DNA of 64,000 nt, from NCBI GenBank assembly GCA_030753015.1, contig JASMDC010000004.1, forward strand, positions 64,001-128,000. The letters are read 5' to 3'. This document shows, one piece after another, positions 46,497 through 55,319 of this stretch. Below the pieces are notes generated by a model, which worked only from the letters and a program-made list of their open reading frames with translations, searched no databases and was not told the origin of the DNA. Positions within the stretch are counted from its first letter, which is position 1; each line of letters opens with the position of its first letter. The translations under genes and the position numbers were made by a program. This DNA comes from Candidatus Undinarchaeales archaeon. Its GTDB lineage: Archaea > SpSt-1190 > JASMDC01.

Positions 46497-46520
46497 CCCC
46501 CGCTGCCGCCGCGCCTGCCG
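46497..46520 (+). repeat. Dispersed GC-rich direct repeat, copy 2
   Basis: 24/24 identity with 42044-42067. Confidence 0.8.
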
Positions 46521-46614
46521 AACGCGTGCGCCGGTGCAGCGAGTAGGATCCCCCGAGGGTGAGCCCTAGTCGTCCCGTCAGACGCTGACGACATCCTTGA
46601 CCGAGGGAACCCCC

Positions 46615-46914
46615 CTAGTCATAGGCCCATACGTACATGCCTTTCTGCTCCGCCTCGAACAGGTAGTGGAGCAGCATTGAGTCGTGGTCGTTGATGATCC
46701 TCAGCGTCTGGCCCGGCTCGAGCCGCTCCCTATTCCTCGAAGATCCTCTCGTGCCGTTAGAACGACAGCATGGGCTGCATGTGCAGCTCCACGGCGACCT
46801 CTCCGGGCCCTTGGTCCTCCGAGGTGAAGCAGCAGTAGCCAATCTTGTCGCAGTCCCTCTTGATCGTGTCCCACTCCTCGGGCGTGAGCACCTGGAGGGC
46901 GATCTGGTAGAGAG
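46615..46914 (-). pseudogene. Degraded copy of the 3' part of the hemerythrin/DUF2249 gene
   Basis: About 300 bp homologous to 48300-48597 (LYQIALQ...CDKIGYCCF...LRIINDHD); in-frame TAA at 46757 and a 1-nt insertion near 46731. Confidence 0.9.
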
Positions 46915-46938
46915 CGACATGACCAAGTGAACGCCAAT

Positions 46939-47757
46939 CTACGTCAGCTTCCTCCGGATGGCGTCGGCGATCCTCATGACGTGTCGGGACGCGGGGGCGT
47001 CCAGGTCCTCGGCGACGATGGGGTTCCCCGCATCGCCCGAGGTGCGCATCTCTAGCGAGAGGGGGATGGAGCCCAGATGGTCGATCCCGTACCGCTCTGC
47101 GGTCCTGGCCACGCCCCCCTCGCCGAAGATGTGGCTCTCGGTCAGGCAGTTGGGGCACACGAACCCAGCCATGTTCTCCACGAGCCCCAGCACGGGGACG
47201 TCGATCTGTCTGGCCATATTGATGGTCTTGCGCGAGTCCAGGAGGGCCACGTCCTGGGGGGTGGAGACGATGACGACACCGTCGAGGGGGATTGTCTGCA
47301 TCACGGTCAGCGGCTCGTCGCCGGTGCCCGGTGGGAGGTCCACTAGGAGGATGTCCAGCTCCCCCCACGCGACATCCGAGAGGAACTGCCGCAGCACCCC
47401 CATTTTGAGGGGGCCCCGCCAGATGACGGGTGCGTCGTCCTCGTCGAGGAGGAAGGACATGGACATGGTGAGTATCCCTCCCTTGCTTACCACCGGGAAT
47501 ATCCCGGGGGGACCGGACGTCGCCCGCCGCCCCTGGACGCCCAGCATCTTGGGGACGTTGGGGCCATGGATGTCTGCGTCCAGGACACCCACGCGCAATC
47601 CTTTCGCGGCGAATGCCGCGGCCAGGTTCACGGTGACCGAGGTCTTGCCCACGCCGCCCTTGCCGCTCATGACGGCGACCTTATACCTGATGTGGTCAAG
47701 CGTAAGACTGATCCTCTCGTTCTGCTCCTCCATCTCTTCCTTGTGTCCCATGGTCAT
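46939..47757 (-). CDS. mrp: Mrp/NBP35 Fe-S carrier ATPase
   Basis: SGKGGVGKT, DADIHGP, WRGP, DLPPGTGD, ENMAGFVCPNC. Confidence 0.95.
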   Translation of the reverse strand: MTMGHKEEMEEQNERISLTLDHIRYKVAVMSGKGGVGKTSVTVNLAAAFAAKGLRVGVLDADIHGPNVPKMLGVQGRRATSGPPGIFPVVSKGGILTMSMSFLLDEDDAPVIWRGPLKMGVLRQFLSDVAWGELDILLVDLPPGTGDEPLTVMQTIPLDGVVIVSTPQDVALLDSRKTINMARQIDVPVLGLVENMAGFVCPNCLTESHIFGEGGVARTAERYGIDHLGSIPLSLEMRTSGDAGNPIVAEDLDAPASRHVMRIADAIRRKLT

Positions 47758-47940
47758 GCCTCCATCCGTACATCCTGTTTTGTTTTCCGGGCCATTGTCC
47801 GGAAGAACGTCCTCCGGCCGAGCTCGGTCATATGCTTGATGCGCTCGAACCTCTCGCCGTGGTCCTCCCCCTCGGAGGCGGTCCCTCCGGGATCAGGATA
47901 CGGCGCCATCATGTTGTGGTCGGGGCGGGGAGCCCATCAA

Positions 47941-47965
47941 CTACCGCCGCGTCTGCCGCAGCAGG
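47941..47965 (+). repeat. Dispersed GC-rich direct repeat, copy 3 (degenerate)
   Basis: CTACCGCCGCGTCTGCCGCAGCAGG versus CTGCCGCCGCGCCTGCCGTAGCAGG at 42050-42074. Confidence 0.6.
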
Positions 47966-48018
47966 ACGCCGACACAGTTGGAGGGGACCGCCAGAGGTAT
48001 GTCTTGGAAAGAGCCCAG

Positions 48019-48240
48019 TCAGGCGCTCACGACCTCCGTGACGCCCGGCACCCGCTCCTTGAGCAGGCGCTCGATCCCCATCTTGAGCGTCATCATGCTC
48101 ATCGGGCACCCAGCGCAGTGGCCCATGAGCCGTACCGTCACCACACCATCGTCGCTGACGTCCAACAGCTCGACGTCGCCGCCGTCGGCCTGGAGCGCGG
48201 GCCTGATATCGTCCAATGCCTTTTCAATGTCATCTTTCAT
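48019..48240 (-). CDS. NifU C-terminal (Nfu) domain protein
   Basis: IRPALQADGGDVELL...GHCAGCPMSMMTLKMGIE. Confidence 0.95.
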   Translation of the reverse strand: MKDDIEKALDDIRPALQADGGDVELLDVSDDGVVTVRLMGHCAGCPMSMMTLKMGIERLLKERVPGVTEVVSA

Positions 48241-48254
48241 GTGGTTTCACCTCG

Positions 48255-49475
48255 TCACTTCGTTCGCGTGATCCTCACGATCCAGTCACGGGGCCCTTCC
48301 TGGTCGTAGGCCCATGCGTACTTGCCTTTCTGCTCCGCCTCGAACTGGTAGTGGAGCGGCCTGGGGTCGTGGTCGTTGATGATCCTCAGCGTCTGGCCCG
48401 GCTCGAGCCGGTCCCATTCCTCGAAGATCCTCTCGTGTCGCTGGAACGGCGGCATGGGCCGTAGATCCAGCTCCACGGTGACCTCCTTGGGCCCCTGATC
48501 CTCCGGTGTGAAGCAGCAGTAGCCGATCTTGTCGCAGTCCCTCTTGACCGTGTCCCACTCTTCCGGAGTGAGCAGCTGGAGGGCGATCTGGTAGAGAATG
48601 TTGTCCTCCTTGAATATGTGGGCCTCCAGCTCCCGGGACAGGTAGCGGCCCAGCTCGATGATCCTTCCCTTGAACTCGTCGAAGGGGAGGTCCTCGGGGT
48701 TGTGGGCGAGCCGGTACAGCTCTTGCTTCCGCTTCCGCAGCTCGAGGTGGTCCATCCGCATGATGTTCGGGGGCTCGACCACGTCGTGCTTCTCCAGCGC
48801 AGGGAACAGCGCCTCCTCCTCCCGCTCGTGATGGCTCTCCGCCTCCACCAAATGGTGGGCGATGTCCTGCAGTCTCGCCACGTCGTCACCCATGGCCTTC
48901 AGGTCCTTTACGTCCTCCAGCCGCCCCACGAGGGTGGCCAGCTCACCCAGGCTCTCGAGGATGACCTTGTGCTCCTCCATGAGGGTGTTCACCGGGTGGG
49001 GCGCTTGCACCTCCTTCCTGCTCTCCACCAGTGCGTCCCGCATGAACTCGAGGTGGATGTCGCACAGTCCCCCCCGGATCTCGTCGTGGGACACACCCTC
49101 CCTGATCAGCTCTTGTTCCAGAATTCCCAGGGTGCTCGCGTCCACCTCACTCAGAAGCTCCCGAACGCGCTCCTTGATCTCCTCCGACACATCACCACTC
49201 TGCAGTTCCCTCAGCAGCGCTCTCAGGCGGTCTTTCTTGTCCCCGCCGCTGGTGATGCGCTTCACGCCCAGGATCCATGCCTCGGGGCCCTCCTTCTCGT
49301 GGGCGACCTCGAACTCTTCCCTGGCTTTGAGCATGTGGACGAGCGGTACGGGATTGAACTCTATTACGAGCCGGAGCGCATCCCCGTCCCTGAGAGCCTC
49401 TAGCGCGGGGAAGATCAGCGCCTCCCGCTCGCTGTGTTCCAATCCTCTCACATCGATCGTTCTTGCAGTTTCCAT
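48255..49475 (-). CDS. DUF2249-DUF438-hemerythrin-DUF2249 protein
   Basis: IDVRGL...PVPL; LCDIH...PHPVNTLMEEH; HHEREEEALFP; HIFKEDNILY; LDLR...INDHDPRPLHYQF. Confidence 0.85.
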   Translation of the reverse strand: METARTIDVRGLEHSEREALIFPALEALRDGDALRLVIEFNPVPLVHMLKAREEFEVAHEKEGPEAWILGVKRITSGGDKKDRLRALLRELQSGDVSEEIKERVRELLSEVDASTLGILEQELIREGVSHDEIRGGLCDIHLEFMRDALVESRKEVQAPHPVNTLMEEHKVILESLGELATLVGRLEDVKDLKAMGDDVARLQDIAHHLVEAESHHEREEEALFPALEKHDVVEPPNIMRMDHLELRKRKQELYRLAHNPEDLPFDEFKGRIIELGRYLSRELEAHIFKEDNILYQIALQLLTPEEWDTVKRDCDKIGYCCFTPEDQGPKEVTVELDLRPMPPFQRHERIFEEWDRLEPGQTLRIINDHDPRPLHYQFEAEQKGKYAWAYDQEGPRDWIVRITRTK

Positions 49476-49476
49476 G

Positions 49477-50124
49477 TCATATCCTCCTTGTCTCGATAGT
49501 AATCCACTGGTCGATATCCCGTCGCTCCGCGACCATGAGCTGCACCCGTTCCATCCACAGGTCCTGGAACTCCTTCCGCTCCTCGTCCCTGGCGGCGTCC
49601 CATACGACCTTCTCAAGAAGGCGGGCCATCCGCTCCCCGCCCGCGGGTACGGGCACCAGCCCTGGTCGGTAGGTGACCAGAACGGCCTCATGTGTGTCCG
49701 ATCGTTCGAACTCGAAGCATATGGCCCCAGGCTCGCTCCCTCCGGGCTCGAACCGGAGCAGGTCCTTCCTCCTGAACTTGTGCCCTAGTCCTCTGAAGCC
49801 CGAGTGCGGGGCGGCGCCGGTCAGAAAGGAGAACACCTGTCCCATGACACCGAAGACGCCCTCGTCGGGCTCGCCGTGGACGGTGACCGCCACCTCCCCC
49901 CTCACGGGTACGGCATCGGGATAGAGCCGCTCGAGTGCCAGCTGGCAACAGAGGTAGGCGGCCGCCACCGTGGGGCAGGCATGGCCGGCCATCTTCACGG
50001 TATCGATGAAGGTGTACTCGATGACGTTGTCCTCTGAAGTGAGGGCCCCCAAGGTTCCGGCAAGGGGTTCCTTGAAGAGGATCGGCTCGACCTGAGTGAG
50101 GGCCTCCTTGAACGCTTTAACCAT
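49477..50124 (-). CDS. FmdE-like protein of unknown function
   Basis: KMAGHACPTVAAAY (GHxCP motif), GFRGLG...RRKDLL. Confidence 0.65.
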   Translation of the reverse strand: MVKAFKEALTQVEPILFKEPLAGTLGALTSEDNVIEYTFIDTVKMAGHACPTVAAAYLCCQLALERLYPDAVPVRGEVAVTVHGEPDEGVFGVMGQVFSFLTGAAPHSGFRGLGHKFRRKDLLRFEPGGSEPGAICFEFERSDTHEAVLVTYRPGLVPVPAGGERMARLLEKVVWDAARDEERKEFQDLWMERVQLMVAERRDIDQWITIETRRI

Positions 50125-50204
50125 GGGGCATCGACCTTTTCTTCATTATACACACTATATTGTTAGTAAAATATATAAATATTCCCCTCCTTTATATTAT
50201 CAGC

Positions 50205-50861
50205 ATGGCGGAGGACACCCAAGAGGTCCGGATGCCCGAGAAGGGGCCACGTATCACCATCCTCAAGCACCTTCTGGGCGAGGACCTCGGCGCCGTGGAG
50301 CTGTGCGCTCTGCTGGGGATCGCCGAGAACGCGGCACGGCGACACCTGGACATCCTCGAGAACAAGGGATTGGTGGAGCACCACTTCGAGCGGGCGGCCC
50401 GTGGCCGGCCCAAGAAGCTCTACCGGCTCACCCAGGCCGGGCGCGACCTCTTCCCGCGGCAGACGGGACTGTTACTTTCCATCATGCTGAGGAAATGTGA
50501 GGAGAGGTTCGGGAGCCGGGAGGTGGAGGACCTGCTGAACGCGGTGGTCGAGGAGCTGGTGGACCACTTCGTCGCCGAGGACGTAGGTGACGACCTTGAG
50601 ACTCGGCTGGAGGCACTGGTGAGAGCCTTCGACGAGTTCGGGTTCTTCTCCACCCTCTCGCGGGAGGACGGCTCTTACAACATCGAATACCGGAACTGCG
50701 CTTTCTCGGACGTGTCACGGGACACCGCCACGCTGCTCTGCAAGGTGCACCGCCGGGTGGTCCGGCGTGCCCTGCGGAACGTTGACATCAGACAGGACCT
50801 GTGCGTCATAAAGGGCGACTGCCTGTGCCGGCATGTCGTCAACATCAAACCGGACCGGTGA
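50205..50861 (+). CDS. HTH metalloregulator (SufR-like) with Cys-containing sensor domain
   Basis: ARRHLDILENKGLV...GRPKKLYRLT..GRDLFP; NCAF, LCKVH, CVIKGDCLC. Confidence 0.82.
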   Translation: MAEDTQEVRMPEKGPRITILKHLLGEDLGAVELCALLGIAENAARRHLDILENKGLVEHHFERAARGRPKKLYRLTQAGRDLFPRQTGLLLSIMLRKCEERFGSREVEDLLNAVVEELVDHFVAEDVGDDLETRLEALVRAFDEFGFFSTLSREDGSYNIEYRNCAFSDVSRDTATLLCKVHRRVVRRALRNVDIRQDLCVIKGDCLCRHVVNIKPDR

Positions 50862-50924
50862 GTGCAGTGGTCGACCAATTATTAACTGTTACGTCGGAAG
50901 GGTAAGAAACAAGGAAGGCGTATA

Positions 50925-52133
50925 ATGATGGAACCAAGGAAGATGACCGACTCAGTGACCTGGATGGGAGCGATCGACTGGGACCGCCGACTGTTCGACG
51001 CGCTCATCCCGCTACCTGATGGCACGAGCTACAACGCGTACCTCATCAGAGGAAGCGAGAAGACCGTGCTGTTGGACACGGTCGATCCGACAAAGGCTGA
51101 GGTGCTCCTGCGTCAGTTACAGGACGTCAGGTCCATAGACTACATCGTGTCCCATCACGCCGAGCAGGACCATTCAGGCGCTATACCGGACGTCCTCGAA
51201 CGCTACCCCGAAGCACGGGTGATCACGACACCCAAGGCTAAGCCGATGCTCATCGACCTCCTGGGTATCGACGAGGACCGAATCATAACGGTAGAGGATG
51301 GTTCTACCATATCGCTCGGGGACAGGACCCTCACCTTCATCCACACGCCCTGGGTGCATTGGCCTGAGACGATGGTCACGTATATGCCCGAGGAGCGCAT
51401 CCTCTTCAGCGGCGATTTCTTCGGTTCGCATTTGGCGACCACTGACCTCTACGTGACCGACGGGGCGAGGGTGCTCGAGGCGGCCAAGCGGTACTACGCC
51501 GAGATCATGATGCCGTTTAGGACGATCATCGCCAAGAACCTGGCGAAGCTCGAACAATTCGACATCAGGACTATAGCTCCAAGTCACGGCCCCCTGTACG
51601 ACCAGCCATCGTTCATTGTGGACGCCTACAAGGCCTGGACGTCGGACCATCTGACGAATATCGTGGTGCTCCCCTACATTTCCATGCACGGCAGCACCGG
51701 GACGATGGTGACGCATCTCATCGGGGCGCTCGCGGAACGTGGCGTGATGGTGGAGCCCTTCGACCTCGCCGTCACGGACATAGGAAAGCTCGCGATCGCC
51801 CTGGTGGACGCCCCCACCATTGTGGTAGGTACGCCGACGGTACTTGGCGGGCCGCACCCGTCCGTGACGTACGCCGCAACGCTGGCGAACGCGCTCCGGC
51901 CCAAGACGCGGTTCGCGGCGGTCATCGGCTCCTACGGCTGGGGTGGGAAGGCCGTGGAGACCGTGGTAGGATCGATCCCCAACCTCAAGGTCGAGGTCGT
52001 CGGCTCGGTCCTGTGCAAGGGCACGCCTGGAAAGGATGAGTTCGTCGCCCTAGACGGGCTCGCCGACACCATCGCCGGCAAGCACCGGGAGATCGGTGTC
52101 CTGGAGGTCGCAGGGGATGAGGGCGATGTTTGA
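50925..52133 (+). CDS. fprA: Flavodiiron protein (O2/NO reductase, FprA family)
   Basis: GTSYNAYL, HAEQDHSG, HWPETM, DFFG, IAPSHG, flavodoxin SMHGST and GSYGWGG. Confidence 0.95.
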   Translation: MMEPRKMTDSVTWMGAIDWDRRLFDALIPLPDGTSYNAYLIRGSEKTVLLDTVDPTKAEVLLRQLQDVRSIDYIVSHHAEQDHSGAIPDVLERYPEARVITTPKAKPMLIDLLGIDEDRIITVEDGSTISLGDRTLTFIHTPWVHWPETMVTYMPEERILFSGDFFGSHLATTDLYVTDGARVLEAAKRYYAEIMMPFRTIIAKNLAKLEQFDIRTIAPSHGPLYDQPSFIVDAYKAWTSDHLTNIVVLPYISMHGSTGTMVTHLIGALAERGVMVEPFDLAVTDIGKLAIALVDAPTIVVGTPTVLGGPHPSVTYAATLANALRPKTRFAAVIGSYGWGGKAVETVVGSIPNLKVEVVGSVLCKGTPGKDEFVALDGLADTIAGKHREIGVLEVAGDEGDV

Positions 52134-52272
52134 GCCGAAGATAGAGCGTGCCTGATGCCCCGAGATCGACACCATCATCGATGATCATGGACGTATCATC
52201 GCGCAGAGCGACCGTCTCGGGCAGCCCATATGGAGGTCTGATGATCCGGAGGGACGTGATGTCGGGTCCCGC

Positions 52273-52821
52273 TCAGCCCTTGGCCCTGCCCTCGAGCTCC
52301 TCCACGATCGACAGGAACCGCTCCTTGGACCCTTTCTCGAACCTCTTTTGCTCGGCCTGGTCAAACCGCTTCAGGATCGATTGCTTCACCTTTGCGTCCA
52401 ACGCCTCCTCGGCCATGACGTAGAGGATGTTGTCCTCCTTGTAGATGTGCTCCTGGAGCAGCTGCGCGTAGTTCAGAGCGTTCTCCATGACCTTGGACGG
52501 ATCGTTCTCACCCACCCCTGCCTCCATGCCCTTGACGAAGTCCCTCCCGATGTCGTGCTCGTGTAACATTTGCGGTATGGGATTGCAGTGCATTTGCACG
52601 TCGTCCTTGCACAGCTCGACGAACAGGATGTCCTCCTCCTTCGCATGGTGGAACCTGTCGGCATAGTTACGTATGAAGTCGATGGCCTTCTCAAAGAACT
52701 CCCTGTCTAGCTCCTTGCCCGATCGAAGGGACTCGCATTCCTTGACCAGTGCACCTATCAGCCTCAGTATGTTCTGGTGTTCCTCTGAAAGGATCGTTGT
52801 TGGTCTTTCGGCAGGGTTCAT
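52273..52821 (-). CDS. Hemerythrin-like (HHE) domain protein
   Basis: LSEEH, YADRFHHAKEEDILF, MLHEHDIGR, HIYKEDNILY. Confidence 0.92.
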   Translation of the reverse strand: MNPAERPTTILSEEHQNILRLIGALVKECESLRSGKELDREFFEKAIDFIRNYADRFHHAKEEDILFVELCKDDVQMHCNPIPQMLHEHDIGRDFVKGMEAGVGENDPSKVMENALNYAQLLQEHIYKEDNILYVMAEEALDAKVKQSILKRFDQAEQKRFEKGSKERFLSIVEELEGRAKG

Positions 52822-52855
52822 GTCAGTGGTTGATGAAGCCAATAATTATTTATAC

Positions 52856-52879
52856 ATATGTGAATTTAAATTCACATAT
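52856..52879. promoter_or_regulatory. Perfect 24-bp palindromic operator candidate
   Basis: ATATGTGAATTT/AAATTCACATAT between the divergent hemerythrin and ArsR genes. Confidence 0.75.
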
Positions 52880-53013
52880 AATGTATGGACGAGGTGGACA
52901 ATAGCATAGGGATAGCCATGTTCCTCTTAGAGACCGGGGACCACCAGATGGTGTTCATTTGACAGCTTTCGCTGGAGGTGGAGGATGCACAGCACATGTG
53001 AGTCCCATTTCAA

Positions 53014-53328
53014 ATGACGCGTGAATGTCATCTCTTCTTTGAGACCCTGGGCACAAAGGTGAAGCTCAACATCCTCACCACCCTGAGGGAAGGGCCGTTG
53101 AGCGTCAATGAGCTTTCAAGGGCCGTCAATCATGAAAGGAGCAAAGTCTCCCATGCACTACGCTCCCTTCATGACTGCCGCTTCGTCGTGGTCAGTAAGG
53201 ATGGGAGGAGGAGAATCTACTCTCTGAACACGGACACGATCGTGCCGCTGCTCGACCTGGTCGAGAGGCACATGAACACCTATTGCATGGGCAAGGGCTG
53301 CAACAAACAGGCCCGCGGGGGTCGGTAG
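53014..53328 (+). CDS. ArsR/SmtB family regulator
   Basis: FFETLG...ILTTLREGPLSVNEL...SKVSHAL..L...GRRRIYSLN; C-terminal HxxxYCxxxxC. Confidence 0.9.
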   Translation: MTRECHLFFETLGTKVKLNILTTLREGPLSVNELSRAVNHERSKVSHALRSLHDCRFVVVSKDGRRRIYSLNTDTIVPLLDLVERHMNTYCMGKGCNKQARGGR

Positions 53329-53345
53329 GCCGGGCGTTCGGGACG

Positions 53346-53520
53346 CTAGACGGCTATCGCAACAGTGCCAGAAGCCGCTCCTCCGCGCCGTAGAGCCATC
53401 CCTGGAAGGAAGGTCGTCCCCACGTAACGGTTCAAGATGATCAGCTCCCTAGAGAAGATGAGGTCGCCCAGCACGAGGAACAGCAGTCCGGAGACCAGCG
53501 AAGTGGAATGGAGAAAGGCC
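53346..53520 (-). pseudogene. Possible 3' remnant of a CcdA-like membrane protein gene
   Basis: LHSTSLVSGLLFLVLGDLIFSRELIILNRY resembles the last TM helix of CcdA-type proteins; no plausible 5' part. Confidence 0.3.
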
Positions 53521-53672
53521 GAGTCAGACGGGAACCGAAGGAAGTTTTTATAACAATTGTTATGTTCGCTTTGCCATGGACACGTGTGGACACCACGAAC
53601 ATGTCCCGGCCGGAACGACACCGGTCACGAGCAGAGGGGGCACACCCCCCGCCCTTCCCTGAGATAAGGACC

Positions 53673-55229
53673 ATGGAAACCATATCGCGTACCGTTGCCC
53701 TGACCCTGCTCATCTGTTTTGTCCAAGCAGCGAGCCTGTCGCCAACACCTGTCCCTACCATGACTGCCGTACCGACCTCGGCGGGCATTGAAGTAGAATG
53801 GTGCGGACGCTACACCCGCATCTGCGGGCCGTGGCCAGCCGACGCCGAGAAGGGGTGCGGGTCGTTCTGGGAGAAATCCCCGACGGGCAGCGAAGGGGAC
53901 ACCCGTGGAGCGACGAAGGTCTGCTACAACACCCACCTCACCTTTGCAGAGGTGGAGGGGCCGGGCAGCGACGAGCGGACCATGCACTGCGGTCACGCCC
54001 GCGGGGAGCCGCCGTGCGTCGATCCGGAATGGTGCGGACGCTACACACGCATCTGCGGGCCGTGGCCAGCCGACGCCGAGAAGGGGTGCAGGTCGTTCTG
54101 GGAGGGAGCACCGACGGGCGGCGAAGGGGACACCAGTGGAGCGACGAAGGTCTGCTACAACGCCCACCTCACCTTTGCAGAGGTGGAGGAGCCGGGCAGC
54201 GACGAGCGGGCCATGCACTGCGGTCACGCCCGTGGGGAGCCGCCGTGCGTCGAACCGGATGAGGTGGAGGGCGAGGTCACCCCCGTGCCGGTGGATGCCG
54301 TCGAGCTAGAGGAGTCCAGAGCAGCGACCACCGGCCCCGAGGTCACCGCTCCACCGGCGCCGCCGTCCCCCACGCCCTCACCAAGCCCCGCACCCGAGCT
54401 CCTGTTCGGAGTCATCCCCAAGGCCAGGGAGGGGATGATCGCCTTCGCCAAGGAGTACTGGGAGATCTTGGCCGGCGCCATCGGCTCCCTGGGTGTCGTC
54501 GCCTACTACCTCCACGTCCTCAAGCGCAAGACTCTGGGCGAGGAGGACGTGGTTGTCGAGCGGGGGAAGACGCTGGATGGGAACGCTGTCAAGGTGGCTA
54601 TCACGGTCAGGAACAACTCCACCTTCAAGATCACCGATATCAAGGTCACCATCGACCACCCCCCCGCCTTCAAGGTCCAGGGCGGCTCCCCCACCGTGGA
54701 GCTGGGTAACATCAGGGCCGGCGAGTTCCAGAGCTCCGTCTTCCACCTCGTCCCCACCAGGAGCGTGAAGGGTTCGGTGACCGGCTCCATCACCTACGAG
54801 AACAACAAGGGCAGGCCCAAGGTCGTTCCCATCGAGCCCATTGATCTGGGCTCGGTGTCCCCCGCCCTTGAGCAGGTGCGGCTCTCCCACGAGGAGTTCG
54901 CTCAAAGGGTCCAATCCCTCATACAGGACAGCAAGACCGTGACCATCCGAACCGACCCCGCCACGGTCTTTGGCAGGATCAAGGAGCGGTTCTCCGCCAT
55001 CCACACCGTGTATGAGGTGGTGGACCCCGAGCGGACGACGTTCCTCGGCGAGTATGCGGGCCAGAACGCCTACAGCAAGGCATTCATCGGCGCATGGATC
55101 AATGTCGTCGGGGGCGCTGCGGAAGGCCAGGTCGAGCTCATCGTGTACGGCGAGGAGGAGGCGAGTGTCACGGGCCTCCTGAGCGAGCTCGTGGAGCTCA
55201 TCGAGACTAAGGAGAGCTGGGTGGCGTAG
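53673..55229 (+). CDS. Single-pass membrane protein: signal peptide, two Cys-rich repeats, Pro-rich stalk, TM, beta-rich C-terminal region
   Basis: METISRTVALTLLICFVQAA leader; 2 x 77-aa repeats; PPAPPSPTPSPSPAP; TM ILAGAIGSLGVVAYYLHVL then KRK. Confidence 0.85.
   Translation: METISRTVALTLLICFVQAASLSPTPVPTMTAVPTSAGIEVEWCGRYTRICGPWPADAEKGCGSFWEKSPTGSEGDTRGATKVCYNTHLTFAEVEGPGSDERTMHCGHARGEPPCVDPEWCGRYTRICGPWPADAEKGCRSFWEGAPTGGEGDTSGATKVCYNAHLTFAEVEEPGSDERAMHCGHARGEPPCVEPDEVEGEVTPVPVDAVELEESRAATTGPEVTAPPAPPSPTPSPSPAPELLFGVIPKAREGMIAFAKEYWEILAGAIGSLGVVAYYLHVLKRKTLGEEDVVVERGKTLDGNAVKVAITVRNNSTFKITDIKVTIDHPPAFKVQGGSPTVELGNIRAGEFQSSVFHLVPTRSVKGSVTGSITYENNKGRPKVVPIEPIDLGSVSPALEQVRLSHEEFAQRVQSLIQDSKTVTIRTDPATVFGRIKERFSAIHTVYEVVDPERTTFLGEYAGQNAYSKAFIGAWINVVGGAAEGQVELIVYGEEEASVTGLLSELVELIETKESWVA
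53796..54257 (+). repeat. Tandem 231-bp duplication (2 copies, 13 mismatches)
   Basis: 53796-54026 versus 54027-54257, aligned by hand without gaps. Confidence 0.97.
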
Positions 55230-55319
55230 CTGCATCCAAAGATCCCCTGCATCGTCGGCGACGGTTGTCATCACACGACGGGCCCCCCGTCATCTCTTTA
55301 GCCACCTCAGGAGACCCAC

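Noticed and set aside
47754-47912. 52-aa ORF upstream of mrp (MMAPYPDPGG...)
   Set aside because: No homology I recognise; it lies in a rearranged spacer and is likely debris.
46615-48597. The 300-bp repeat pair as a DGR template/variable repeat
   Set aside because: Differences involve all bases, many are synonymous, and there is an indel; this fits paralog decay.
52126-52270. MFEPKIERA-TGA-C... after fprA as a possible selenoprotein or ferritin start
   Set aside because: Readthrough gives nothing recognisable and runs antisense into the next gene; nine residues are too few to call a remnant.
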